This document shows positions 47,929 through 57,009 of a stretch of DNA of 64,000 nt, in pieces. Location of the stretch: assembly GCA_051955835.1 (NCBI GenBank), contig JBQCGH010000105.1, forward strand, positions 41,242-105,241, written 5' to 3'. A program made the translations under genes and the position numbers. Source of the stretch: Gemmatimonadales bacterium (GTDB lineage Bacteria; Gemmatimonadota; Gemmatimonadetes; Gemmatimonadales; GWC2-71-9). Under the pieces are notes generated by a model. The model did not search any database. It was not told where the DNA came from and saw only the letters and a list, made by a program, of their open reading frames with translations. The first letter of the stretch is position 1, and the number at the start of each line of letters is the position of its first letter.

Positions 47929-48743
47929 AGGCGGACCGCGCCTCGAGCGCTTCGGTGTCGCTGGTCGAAATCGTCTCCTATCTGGACGACTACCTGCGTG
48001 TGCGGGAGGTACCGGACGAGCGGAACGCCGTCAACGGTCTTCAGGTGGAGAACCAGGGCCTGATCGGTGGCATCGTCGCCGCCGTGGATGCCTCCCAGAC
48101 CACTATCGATGGGGTGGTCGCGGAAGCACCGGATCGGGGCGCGGCGCCGCCACTGCTGCTGGTGCACCACGGGCTGTTCTGGGACGGCAATGTTCCACTC
48201 ACCGGCCGACGCTATCGGCGCGTGGCCGCGCTGCTAGAGCATGATGTCGCCATGTACTCGGCCCATATCCCGCTCGACCTCCATCCCATCGTGGGCAATA
48301 ACGTCGTGCTCGCCGAGCGGCTCGGCCTGGCCGTCGAGGGTTGGTTCGGCGACTACAAGGGTGTCCCAATCGGCGTCTGGGGTCACGCGCCGGCACGCAT
48401 CGCCACACGGGAGGCACTGGTGGCCGAGGTGAACCACGCCCTGGGTACGACCAGCGCCGGCGCGCGGCTCATCGCCGGGGGTCCCGAGCGCGTCGGACGC
48501 ATCGGCATCATCACCGGCGGCGCAGGCGGCATGATCGGCGCCGCGCGCGACGCGCGCCTCGACACGTACATCACTGGCGAAGGCGCCCACCACACCTACT
48601 TCGACGCGATCGAGCTCGGACTCAACGTGATCTTCGCCGGACACTATGCGACCGAGACTCTCGGGGTCCAGGCGCTTGCCTCCCACCTCGCGGAGCGCTT
48701 CGAGCTCGAGTGGACATTCCACGACCATCCTACGGGCCTGTGA
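47925..48743 (+). CDS. Nif3-like dinuclear metal centre protein (YbgI/NIF3 family)
   Basis: ..NGLQVEN...IVAAVDASQ...LLLVHHGLFW... and the C-terminal ...ITGEGAHHTYFDA...AGHYATE... match the NIF3 fold. GTGA overlaps occur at both ends. Confidence 0.85.
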   Translation: MKADRASSASVSLVEIVSYLDDYLRVREVPDERNAVNGLQVENQGLIGGIVAAVDASQTTIDGVVAEAPDRGAAPPLLLVHHGLFWDGNVPLTGRRYRRVAALLEHDVAMYSAHIPLDLHPIVGNNVVLAERLGLAVEGWFGDYKGVPIGVWGHAPARIATREALVAEVNHALGTTSAGARLIAGGPERVGRIGIITGGAGGMIGAARDARLDTYITGEGAHHTYFDAIELGLNVIFAGHYATETLGVQALASHLAERFELEWTFHDHPTGL

Positions 48744-50206
48744 GCGCCGCCGCCGTCCTCGCGCTCAGCGGCATTCGCAAACGCTTCGGCTCCGTGCAGG
48801 CCCTGGGCGGGGCCGATTTCACATTGATGCCCGGCGAGGTCCACGCGCTGCTGGGCGAGAACGGTGCGGGTAAGTCGACATTGATGCACGTAGCATACGG
48901 TCTCGTGCGGCCCGATGCCGGCGAGATCGCGGTAGACGGCGTGGTTCGCCCCATTCCCTCTCCACGTGCGGCGCGCCGACTCGGCATCGGCATGGTGCAC
49001 CAGCACTTCACCTCGGTGCCCTCCATGACGGTTGCGGACAACGTCGCGCTCGCCACCGGCTGGGATGTGACCCCCGGAATGCTGCGCGAGCGGGTTCGGG
49101 CGGTCGCCGATCGTTGCGGCCTCCCGCTCGACCCCGACGTGCGGGTCAGTCAGCTCTCGGTCGCGCTCAAGCAGCGGCTCGAAATCGTCAAGGCGCTCGC
49201 CACGGAGGTGCGCATTCTCCTGCTCGACGAGCCGACTGCGGTGCTCACGCCTGCGGAAACCGAGGAGCTGCTGCAGGTCATCGCGCGCTTTACCGCTGCG
49301 GGCGGGTCAGCCGTGCTCATCACCCACAAGCTGGACGAGGCGCTCGCCGCCGCGAGCCGGGTGACGGTACTGCGCCAAGGGCTAGTCGTGCTCGCAGCGC
49401 CCATCGCCGGTCAGACGGCGGCGTCGCTCGCCGTGGCCATGCTCGGCGACGCGGCGCACCCCGCGCGCGCGCCGCGTGCGGACGCGGGCACCGCGGAAGG
49501 TGCAATACTGGTTCGACTCGAGGAGCTCGAGGTGCCGCGCGAGTCGGGCTATGGTATCGCGGTGCGGCGCGCGACGGTCGGCATTCGCGCCGGGGAAATC
49601 GTCGGCGTCGCTGCGGTGGAGGGCAATGGCCAGCGCGAGTTGCTGCGAGCGGTCGCTGGACGCATCCAGCCGTTGCGGGGGCGGCGGGAGGTCGCTGGGC
49701 CCATCGCGTTCGTGCCCGAGGATCGCACCACGGAGGGCCTCATCCCGTCGCTCACCCTGACGGAGAACGTGGTGCTCGGCTCCCGGGCGGACGATCCGTG
49801 GCTCCGGCGTGGGCGCGTGGATTGGCGCGCAGCCCGCGCGCGTACCGCCTCGCTCTTGAGCGAGTTCGAAATCGTGGCCGCGGGGCCCGACGCGCCCGCG
49901 GCCTCGCTGAGCGGCGGCAACCAGCAAAAGGTCGTGGTGGCGCGCGAGCTTGCGCGCCATCCGCGCGTGGTCGTGGCCGAGAATCCGACGCGCGGCCTCG
50001 ACTTCCGGGCCGCGTCTGCGATCCACGACCGGCTCCGCACCGCGGCGGCAGAGGGCGCTGCGGTGCTGGTCTATTCGAGCGATTTGGACGAGGTGCTCGG
50101 GCTGGCCGATCGCGTGGTGGTCGTCGCCCGTGGCCTCGTGAGCGAGGCTCCCCCCGGATCCAGTCGTCTCGAGATCGGGGAGCTCATGGTGACCGGTGCC
50201 CATTAG
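48740..50206 (+). CDS. ABC transporter ATP-binding protein with duplicated ATPase domains (sugar/nucleoside type)
   Basis: GENGAGKSTLM (Walker A), LSVALKQRLEIVKAL, LLLDEPTAVL, then a second domain with LSGGNQQKVVVAREL. The GTG overlaps the Nif3 stop. Upstream track-ORF codons are read-through. Confidence 0.9.
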   Translation: MSAAAVLALSGIRKRFGSVQALGGADFTLMPGEVHALLGENGAGKSTLMHVAYGLVRPDAGEIAVDGVVRPIPSPRAARRLGIGMVHQHFTSVPSMTVADNVALATGWDVTPGMLRERVRAVADRCGLPLDPDVRVSQLSVALKQRLEIVKALATEVRILLLDEPTAVLTPAETEELLQVIARFTAAGGSAVLITHKLDEALAAASRVTVLRQGLVVLAAPIAGQTAASLAVAMLGDAAHPARAPRADAGTAEGAILVRLEELEVPRESGYGIAVRRATVGIRAGEIVGVAAVEGNGQRELLRAVAGRIQPLRGRREVAGPIAFVPEDRTTEGLIPSLTLTENVVLGSRADDPWLRRGRVDWRAARARTASLLSEFEIVAAGPDAPAASLSGGNQQKVVVARELARHPRVVVAENPTRGLDFRAASAIHDRLRTAAAEGAAVLVYSSDLDEVLGLADRVVVVARGLVSEAPPGSSRLEIGELMVTGAH

Positions 50207-51215
50207 GGCGCCGGCGCTCGCCGTACTGATCGGCGCACTGGTCCTGGCGGCCGGTCTGCAGCTCGCGGGCTATGATGCGGCGACCGCGCTCGGCGCGATG
50301 TGGCACGGCGCGTTCGGCTCCTGGTACGCGTTCACGTCCGCGACGCTCGTGCGCGCCGTGCCGCTCATCGTCATCGGGCTGGGCATCGCGCTGGCGTTTC
50401 GCGCGGGTGCGCTCAACATCGGGGCCGAAGGTCAGTTCTACGCGGGCGCGATCGCCGCCACATTCATCGGCCTTCATGTGGCCTCGCGGCCGCCCGTAGT
50501 GGCGATTCCGGCGGTCCTGGCCGCAGCCGTGCTCGCCGGCGCCACCTGGGTCGTAATACCGGTGTGGCTGCAATTGCGCTACGGGGTGCTGGAAGCCATC
50601 AGCACGCTGCTGCTCAACTTCGTGGCGGATGCGCTGGTCAGCCTTATGGTCCAGGGACCGCTGCAGGAGTCGCAGCACATCTATCCGCAGAGCGACCCCA
50701 TCGCCCTGTCGGCCCGCTTACCGCTCCTGCCAGGCACGCGCCTGCACGCCGGCCTGGCGCTCGCGGTCCTCGCCGGCATCGGCCTCTGGTATATCTTCGC
50801 TCGGACGCTGTGGGGATTTCGCCTTCGCGCCGTCGGCGCGGGTCCACGCGCAGCCGAGATCAGCGGCCGCGTGGACGTTCGGCGTGTCATGGCGGTGGCG
50901 TTGCTGTGCTCGGGCGCATTCGCGGGGCTCGCGGGAGGCATCGAGGTAAGCGGCGTGTCCTATGCGCTGTTCCAGAATCTGTCGCCGGGGTACGGCTATA
51001 CCGCGATTGCGGTGGCCCTGCTCGCGCGCCTGGACCCGCTCGGCGTTCTGGCCACGGGATTCCTATTCGGCGCACTCGAGGCCGGCGCCGGCGCGATGCA
51101 GCGCGAAGCCAATGTGCCCGCCGTCGCCGTGTACGTGGTCGAGGCGGTGGTGATCATCGTCGTGCTATTGGCCGACGCGAGCGCTCGGCGACGCGCGGCG
51201 CAGGTCGCGGCGTGA
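50196..51215 (+). CDS. ABC transporter permease (BMP/ribose-type)
   Basis: 339 aa, polytopic. ...ALNIGAEGQFYAGAIAA... is typical of branched-chain/ribose-type permeases partnered with BMP SBPs. The GTG overlaps the ATPase end. Confidence 0.85.
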   Translation: MPIRAPALAVLIGALVLAAGLQLAGYDAATALGAMWHGAFGSWYAFTSATLVRAVPLIVIGLGIALAFRAGALNIGAEGQFYAGAIAATFIGLHVASRPPVVAIPAVLAAAVLAGATWVVIPVWLQLRYGVLEAISTLLLNFVADALVSLMVQGPLQESQHIYPQSDPIALSARLPLLPGTRLHAGLALAVLAGIGLWYIFARTLWGFRLRAVGAGPRAAEISGRVDVRRVMAVALLCSGAFAGLAGGIEVSGVSYALFQNLSPGYGYTAIAVALLARLDPLGVLATGFLFGALEAGAGAMQREANVPAVAVYVVEAVVIIVVLLADASARRRAAQVAA

Positions 51216-52126
51216 CCGACACGAGCGCGCTGGTCGGCGGCTTTCTCGCGGCGGCGGTGCGGGTGACCACGCCGCTCCTGCTCGCGGCCACCGGAGAAAC
51301 GGTCGCGGAGCGCGCCGGGGTGATCAATCTCGGCGTCGAGGGGATGATGCTGACGGGCGCGCTGGCGGCAACCCTCGGGGCAAGTGCGGTCGGCGCCTGG
51401 ACCGGCATCGCCCTGGCGGTGCTGGCGGGCACGGCGCTCGCCGGCGTGTTCGCGGCCGTCTCGATCGCCGCGCGGACCGACCAGATCATCGCCGGGACCG
51501 CGATCACGCTGGGGGCGGTGGGCCTGACCGGCACGATCTATCGCGAGGCGTTTGGCGCCCGTGGCGCCGGGCTCACGCTTCCCACGCTCGCGCCCGTGGC
51601 GATACCTGGGCTCGCGCGGATACCCGTGCTGGGCCCGGCGTTGTTCGCGCAGCCGGCGACGACATACATCGCACTCCTGGCGCTGCCGGCCGTATGGTGG
51701 GTGCTCTTTCGCACCCGCGCGGGGCTGGTGCTGCGCGCGACCGGCGAAGCCGCCGAGATGGCGCGGGCTGCGGGCGTGCGGACGACTCTGGTGCGCACCG
51801 GTGCGACTCTGGTGGGGGGCGCCTTTGCCGGTGTCGCCGGGGCCACCCTGGTCTTGGCTCAGGTGGGGAGCTTCGCGGAGAACATGACGGCGGGGCGGGG
51901 CTACGTCGCGATTGCAATCGTCGTGCTCGGGCGATGGCATCCGGTCGGGGTGGCGATCGCGGCACTCCTTTTCGGCGCCGCCACCGCGCTCCAGTACGTC
52001 TTTCAGGCGCTGGGGCTGGGGGCGCCATACCAGCTGTTCCTGATGCTGCCCTACGTGCTCACGCTGCTCGCGCTCGCCGGCGCGGTCGGCCGAGTCCGAG
52101 CACCGGCGGACCTCGGAAAGTCGTAG
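51212..52126 (+). CDS. ABC transporter permease (second subunit)
   Basis: VTDTSALVGGFLAAAVRVTTPLLLAATGETVAERAGVINLGVEGMML... The GTG overlaps the previous stop (GTGA). The first 304 codons of the track ORF are read-through. Confidence 0.85.
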   Translation: MTDTSALVGGFLAAAVRVTTPLLLAATGETVAERAGVINLGVEGMMLTGALAATLGASAVGAWTGIALAVLAGTALAGVFAAVSIAARTDQIIAGTAITLGAVGLTGTIYREAFGARGAGLTLPTLAPVAIPGLARIPVLGPALFAQPATTYIALLALPAVWWVLFRTRAGLVLRATGEAAEMARAAGVRTTLVRTGATLVGGAFAGVAGATLVLAQVGSFAENMTAGRGYVAIAIVVLGRWHPVGVAIAALLFGAATALQYVFQALGLGAPYQLFLMLPYVLTLLALAGAVGRVRAPADLGKS

Positions 52127-52136
52127 GGCCTCGGCG

Positions 52137-52904
52137 CTACTGCCTGGGCGCGGCCGGCCGGTCGGGAGCCGCCAGGGCTGCTCGTGCCTGGGCGATTTGA
52201 CTTCTCACCCGCTCCTTGAGCGGGGGCACATCCGCGGGCGTGAGGCCGGCCGTCTCGACCGGCTCGAGCACCTGTACCACCGCCGCGCAACGGCCGAAGC
52301 GCCAATCGTGCTTTCGCAGCGCCGTTCCCGTTCCGTGTACCGCGAGCGGGAGAATCGGGACGCCGGCGTCGACGGCAAGGCGAAAGGCGCCGTCCTTGAA
52401 CGGCAGCAGGTCTCTAGTGGCGGAGCGGGTGCCTTCGGGAAAGATCATTACCGACACGCGCCGTGCCAGCATCTCACGACATTTGGTCATGGCCTCGATG
52501 GCGCTGGGGCCGAAGCCGCGCTTGACTGGAATGTCGCCGGCCAGACGCTGCATCCACCCCAGGAACGGGATCCTGAACATCTCCGCTTTGGTGAGCCACT
52601 TCATTTCCCAGGGCAGATGGCTGATCAGCAAGATGTCGACGAACGACTCGTGGTTGGAGACGACCACGTAGGGCCGTCGTGGGTCGGGAGGCATGACGCC
52701 CGTCACGCGGAAGCGCCACATCGGATTGAGCGCGGCATGCACCGGGCCGATACGCCGAAACAAGTAACCCACCCAGTAGCGACCCGGATCGAACGGCGCG
52801 GTCACCAGCCGCAGCACCAGCATTACCGGTAACCAGATCAGGATGCAGAGGGCGAGGACCAGCCAGCCCCACAGCGACAAGATCGTCTGCCAGACGCGCG
52901 CCAT
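52137..52904 (-). CDS. plsC: 1-acyl-sn-glycerol-3-phosphate acyltransferase
   Basis: VVSNHESFVDIL (HX4D) and MIFPEGTRS motifs, plus an N-terminal TM segment. ATG 52904 has GAGGAG upstream. Confidence 0.85.
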   Translation of the reverse strand: MARVWQTILSLWGWLVLALCILIWLPVMLVLRLVTAPFDPGRYWVGYLFRRIGPVHAALNPMWRFRVTGVMPPDPRRPYVVVSNHESFVDILLISHLPWEMKWLTKAEMFRIPFLGWMQRLAGDIPVKRGFGPSAIEAMTKCREMLARRVSVMIFPEGTRSATRDLLPFKDGAFRLAVDAGVPILPLAVHGTGTALRKHDWRFGRCAAVVQVLEPVETAGLTPADVPPLKERVRSQIAQARAALAAPDRPAAPRQ

Positions 52905-52985
52905 GCTTCTCCTCGACACCAGCCCGTGTGCTGGCGCACAGCCCGGCGGGCCGGCGCCGCGTAACCTTACTGCCTGCCGGGATGC

Positions 52986-54206
52986 GTGGACAAGGGCGGT
53001 CTTCCTCACACAATGCGTGGGACCATGAGCACTCGTACCACCGAGGAGTCGGCCCAGACTGCGGCATTTCGGCCCGACGCGCCGGCTGCGCCGGGTCCGC
53101 CCACCCCGGACGAGTCCGGCGGGGCCGTCGAGCAGCCCGATCTCACCAAGCTCGGCCAGGCGCTCCATCGCATCGAGGTGCGCTCGATCGCCATCACCGG
53201 CCTCTTCGTGCTGGCGGTGCTGTATACGCTGTACTTCGCGCGGGCGTTCCTGCTCCCCATCGTGCTCGCTATCCTGCTCGATTTCCTGTTGAGCCCGCTG
53301 ATCCGCACCCTCAAGCGCGGCCGGATTCCCGAACCGGTCGGCGCGGCGCTCGTGCTCCTGGGCCTGCTCGGCGCGGTCAGTGTCGTCGGCTACAGCCTCG
53401 CCGAACCGGCGCGCGAGTGGGTGGCGAGGGCACCCGAGAGTCTGCAGAAGGTGCAGTCACGACTGCGCGACCTTCGGAAACCGGTCGAGCAGGTGACCCG
53501 GACGGCGGAGCAGGTCGAGGCCGCAACCGAGGTTGAGAAGGGCGGCCCGCAGGAGGTGGTGGTCCGCGGGCCGCGGCTCAGCGAGCGACTCTTCGGCACG
53601 ACCCAGTCCCTGCTGACAGGCGCGCTCGAGACGCTCATCCTGCTCTACTTTCTGCTCGCGGTGGGCGACCTCTTCCTCGAGAAGCTGGTGAGGGTGCTCC
53701 CGCAGCTCAAAGACAAGAAGAAGGCGGTCGCGATCGCCCGCGAGACCGAGGCGTCGATCTCGACTTACCTCTTCACCGTCGCCCTCGTGAACCTGGCGCT
53801 CGGCGTGACCGTGACGCTGGTGATGCTCGCCATCGGCATGCCGAACGCGCTCCTCTGGGGCGCGATGGCGGCCCTGGCCGAGTTCATTCCCTACATCGGG
53901 GCCACCATCCTGCTCACGACCCTGGCCCTCGCGGGGCTGGTCACCTTTCCCACGGTCGGGCACGCGCTGGCGGTGCCAGGCGCGTACCTGACGGTCAATC
54001 TGCTCCAGTCGCAGTTCATCTCCCCGCTCGTGCTGGGCCGCCGGCTCACGCTCAACCCCGTGGCGATCCTCGTCGGACTGGTGTTCTGGTGGTGGCTCTG
54101 GGGGGTGGGCGGGGCGTTCATCGCGGTGCCGCTGCTGGCGACGTTCAAGATCTTCTGCGACCACATCGAGTCACTGGCACCGATCGGCGAATTCCTCGGC
54201 AAATGA
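52986..54206 (+). CDS. AI-2E family transporter (PerM/YhhT, UPF0118)
   Basis: Eight-TM pattern with ...AEFIPYIGA... and ...WLWGVGGAFIAVPLLATFKI... The true start may be ATG 53013 or 53025. Confidence 0.85.
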   Translation: MDKGGLPHTMRGTMSTRTTEESAQTAAFRPDAPAAPGPPTPDESGGAVEQPDLTKLGQALHRIEVRSIAITGLFVLAVLYTLYFARAFLLPIVLAILLDFLLSPLIRTLKRGRIPEPVGAALVLLGLLGAVSVVGYSLAEPAREWVARAPESLQKVQSRLRDLRKPVEQVTRTAEQVEAATEVEKGGPQEVVVRGPRLSERLFGTTQSLLTGALETLILLYFLLAVGDLFLEKLVRVLPQLKDKKKAVAIARETEASISTYLFTVALVNLALGVTVTLVMLAIGMPNALLWGAMAALAEFIPYIGATILLTTLALAGLVTFPTVGHALAVPGAYLTVNLLQSQFISPLVLGRRLTLNPVAILVGLVFWWWLWGVGGAFIAVPLLATFKIFCDHIESLAPIGEFLGK

Positions 54207-54673
54207 GCGGGCTCACGGCGGACGAGCATCGTCATCTCGGCCGGCTCACGCGTATGGTGGACTGCGCCCGCGTGCGGGTGCATCGCGCACGCGGGGCCGG
54301 TGCCCATGACCGGCTGCGCGACCTCGTGCTGTGGGCCAGCCGCGGCCGCGCCGTCACGCTCGGCAACCACGTCTTCCTGCCGGATCGCTGCGCTGCAGAC
54401 CTCCCGACGCTCGCGCACGAGCTCACCCATTGCGGGCAATACCAAGCCTGGGGTGCATGGCGCTACTTCATGCGCGGTACCTCGGCGCAACTGCGCGATC
54501 TCCTCCATCGCACGCTCGGCATCGGGTCCAGTCCATATGCCTACGGACTGGAGACGGGAAAGCCGTTCGAGGCGTACGGCATGGAGCAGCAGGCCCAGAT
54601 CGTGGAGGACGGCTTTCGCGGTGACGCCGCCGCGCTCGCCGTCTCGCCGTATCACCCGGACGATCTCGCCTAG
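54203..54673 (+). CDS. DUF4157 (zincin-like HExxH) domain protein, standalone 156 aa
   Basis: ...AVTLGNHVFLPDRCAADLPTLAHELTHCGQYQAWG... matches the DUF4157 core. The ATGA overlaps the transporter stop. Confidence 0.65.
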   Translation: MSGLTADEHRHLGRLTRMVDCARVRVHRARGAGAHDRLRDLVLWASRGRAVTLGNHVFLPDRCAADLPTLAHELTHCGQYQAWGAWRYFMRGTSAQLRDLLHRTLGIGSSPYAYGLETGKPFEAYGMEQQAQIVEDGFRGDAAALAVSPYHPDDLA

Positions 54674-54681
54674 CTGCGACC

Positions 54682-55113
54682 TCAGGACACGCCATCGGCC
54701 TGGTCCAGGTGTACGTGCGTCTGCGGATGCTCCACGGTTTCGGGCAGGCGGTCCTCCCACAAGGCGAGCACGTTGCCGTCCGGGTCTGCCACCATCGCCA
54801 TGATCCCCCACGCCTGCTGGGTTGGCTCGGCGATGAATCGGATGCCGCGCGCATGCAAGTCGCCGCAGAAGTCCAGGAGGTCCGGTACGTAGAGCGTGAT
54901 CCCTGTGTGCCGGCCCACGAGCGATTTGGATTCCTCGTGCACCGCCGGGTGCACCCCGATACGGGTGCCTGCCGTGAAAAACTCCGCCCCGAACGAGCCC
55001 TGTTTGCCGAGCGGCAGCCTGAGTCCGTCGCGGTAGAACTCGACGGCGCGCGTGATGTCATGGACGAAGATGGCGACGCTGTAGATCGAGGGCCCGGAAG
55101 GGGGTGAGGTCAC
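54682..55113 (-). CDS. Single-domain VOC/glyoxalase family protein
   Basis: IYSVAIFVHDITRAVEFYRDGLRL...GITLYVPDLL...GIMAMVADPDGNVLALWE is the typical glyoxalase/bleomycin-resistance fold. Confidence 0.8.
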   Translation of the reverse strand: MTSPPSGPSIYSVAIFVHDITRAVEFYRDGLRLPLGKQGSFGAEFFTAGTRIGVHPAVHEESKSLVGRHTGITLYVPDLLDFCGDLHARGIRFIAEPTQQAWGIMAMVADPDGNVLALWEDRLPETVEHPQTHVHLDQADGVS

Positions 55114-55616
55114 GGGAGCAGTCCGGAGAGAAGTCGAACGAGAACGATGGCGAGCGCAACCGCACCCGCGGTGAGCAGCACGAGGCCGACGACGAGGACG
55201 GCCACGAACCGCGCGCTCGCCCGGCGAGCCTGGCCGGGCGCGCGCGCGTAGTCGTCGAGCAGCGCCAGATTGCGCATGTTGGACTGGAAGCCGATGTCGA
55301 ACAGATCACCGAGGATCGGGACTTCACCCACCAGAGTGTCCAGCGCCACGTTCCAGCCCATCCGCGCGAGCAGGCCGCGTGGCACGCCGAGACGGGCGGC
55401 CTCGAGAATGATGTAGAGCGAGAACAGCCCGCCCAGCAGGTCACCGATCCCCGGGATCAAGCCCACCAGCGGATCGAGACCCAGCGTGACGCGCGTGCCC
55501 GGAATCCGGACCGAGCGGTCGAGCAGCCAGCCGATGCGGCGGAGACGCTCCACCCGCCGCGGGTCCAGCACGACGACCTCGGAGGCCGCCGGACCGCGGG
55601 TGAGAGGGCCGGTCAT
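55110..55616 (-). CDS. DUF4112 domain membrane protein
   Basis: LLDRSVRIPGTRVTLGLDPLVGLIPGIGDLLGGLFSLYIILEA...LDTLVGEVPILGDLFDIGFQSN is the DUF4112 signature. A TAGCTT box lies 6 nt upstream of the ATG. Confidence 0.8.
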   Translation of the reverse strand: MTGPLTRGPAASEVVVLDPRRVERLRRIGWLLDRSVRIPGTRVTLGLDPLVGLIPGIGDLLGGLFSLYIILEAARLGVPRGLLARMGWNVALDTLVGEVPILGDLFDIGFQSNMRNLALLDDYARAPGQARRASARFVAVLVVGLVLLTAGAVALAIVLVRLLSGLLP

Positions 55617-56317
55617 GGGTGAAAGCTATCGGGATTGTGCTATGACCGAGAGAGGGAGGCGGTGTGTGGCTCGGATGGCATGCGGGCGAAGTGCGGCGAG
55701 GTGGGCCCGACCGTCGCTGGAGCGACGGCCCGGCTCTACCGGTCACCCGGACGGCCTCATTGCGCCCGCGGAGGAGTGCTGTTTCCACCATCCTGCATGA
55801 ACTTCCAATCCTGGTCCGCCTGCTTGTGCCAGATACAGGACCGGCAGCCACGGGCCCGGTGCCCCGACGAGAGCCGGAAGGCGTACCACTGACGCGCCGA
55901 GATCACCGCCACGAGGTCCAGGCACCGATGATGATCAGGCCACGCGCCCGCATTCACCCCCCTGGGAATTCCCGAGGCGGACACAGACAGGCGAGCCTCC
56001 GCTACGCTGCGGGCCGCGCAACGCACCGAAGGCCCCCGGCCCGCGATGCTGCCGCGGACCGGTGACGGGCTCCCACTCCCGCCAACCTCTCTGTGCATCG
56101 AACGCACGGCGGTCCATAGCGGCCTCCGGGCCCACCGTGCGCAGAGGAGACGGACCGGCGGAGGGATGGTGCACGCGTTGGTGCAAGGAGGAACAGGGTG
56201 TGGAGAAGACGCAATGGGGAGCGGAGTGAGACGCGACGACGAGGGCAAGCTGCAGCGGGAGACGGAAAGGAGTGAGGTCGCGCAGGATCTCGAACGCTAC
56301 GGCTTCTTCCGCTCCGG

Positions 56318-56545
56318 TCAGCCCATCAGCCGCCGGATGATGTAGAGCACCACGCTCAGTCCTACGGACAGCACCAGCATTGACGCCAGCGGCACGTACA
56401 CGTGCACGGAATCGCGCTCGAGCCGGATATCTCCCGGCAGCCGGCCGAACCAGCCCAGCGCGCCTGACCACACGAGGAGCCCAACGGCCACCAGCGCGAT
56501 GCCCGCGCCGACCAGCACGGGGCCGATCGAGCCGGTCGGCGTCAC
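56318..56545 (-). CDS. DUF2905 family small membrane protein (75 aa)
   Basis: ...GPVLVGAGIALVAVGLLVW.....FGRLPGDIRLERDSVHVYVPLASMLVLSVGLSVVLYIIRRL is the DUF2905 pattern. The GTG overlaps the dinB-like stop (GTGA). Confidence 0.7.
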   Translation of the reverse strand: MTPTGSIGPVLVGAGIALVAVGLLVWSGALGWFGRLPGDIRLERDSVHVYVPLASMLVLSVGLSVVLYIIRRLMG

Positions 56546-57009
56546 TCGACGAGCCCCGACCGCACGGCGTGGATGTAGTCGGTGTACGCCGGCGACCCGC
56601 CGGCCTCGCGGACCGCCGCGGCAATCTGCCCGCGATGATACGCGGCGTGCAGCACCACGTGGGTGAGGATATCCTCGACGCTGCTGGTCCAGAACTGGCC
56701 TTTGCTGTTCCGGTAGGCCACGCCATCTTCGAGCGCCTCTTCGTCCAGCTCCTGGAGACACCTTGCCCACTCGGCCTGGAGCGCCGCGACCTCCGTCTCA
56801 CACGTCGTGAGATCGAGGTCCGGCCAGACCGGCATCGTCGGGGGCTCCTGTCGGATCCGAGCGAGCCACGTCCGCTCGGCGCCGACGATGTGGGCGAGCC
56901 AGATGCGGGCCTTCTCGGACGCCGGACCGTTCTTGAGCGACTCGAGCGCCTCAAAGTTGGCCCAGCCGTCGTGCTCCAGCAGTCGGCGGTAGCGCGCCAG
57001 CTCCGTCAT
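56542..57009 (-). CDS. DinB family protein
   Basis: MTELARYRRLLEHDGWANFEALESL....ILTHVVLHAAYHRGQIAAAVR is a four-helix DinB/YfiT-like motif with His ligands. The ATGA overlaps the queG stop. Confidence 0.8.
   Translation of the reverse strand: MTELARYRRLLEHDGWANFEALESLKNGPASEKARIWLAHIVGAERTWLARIRQEPPTMPVWPDLDLTTCETEVAALQAEWARCLQELDEEALEDGVAYRNSKGQFWTSSVEDILTHVVLHAAYHRGQIAAAVREAGGSPAYTDYIHAVRSGLVE

Noticed and set aside
55780-55900. SRP RNA-like CCGGAAGG tetraloop context, and a cobalamin-riboswitch-like CCACTG / CAGGACCGGCAG, in the unassigned gap.
   Set aside because: The flanking conserved residues are absent: there is no AAGCAGC after the GGAA loop, and no GGGAA..GGTG core or GCCACTG context for B12. 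I also found no RNase P (GAGGAAAGTCCGG) or tmRNA/tRNA T-arm (GGTTCGA) signatures on either strand.
55964-55973. GGGAATTCCC 10-bp palindrome in the unassigned gap.
   Set aside because: It is short and isolated, with no second copy seen in the window, so it is compatible with chance.
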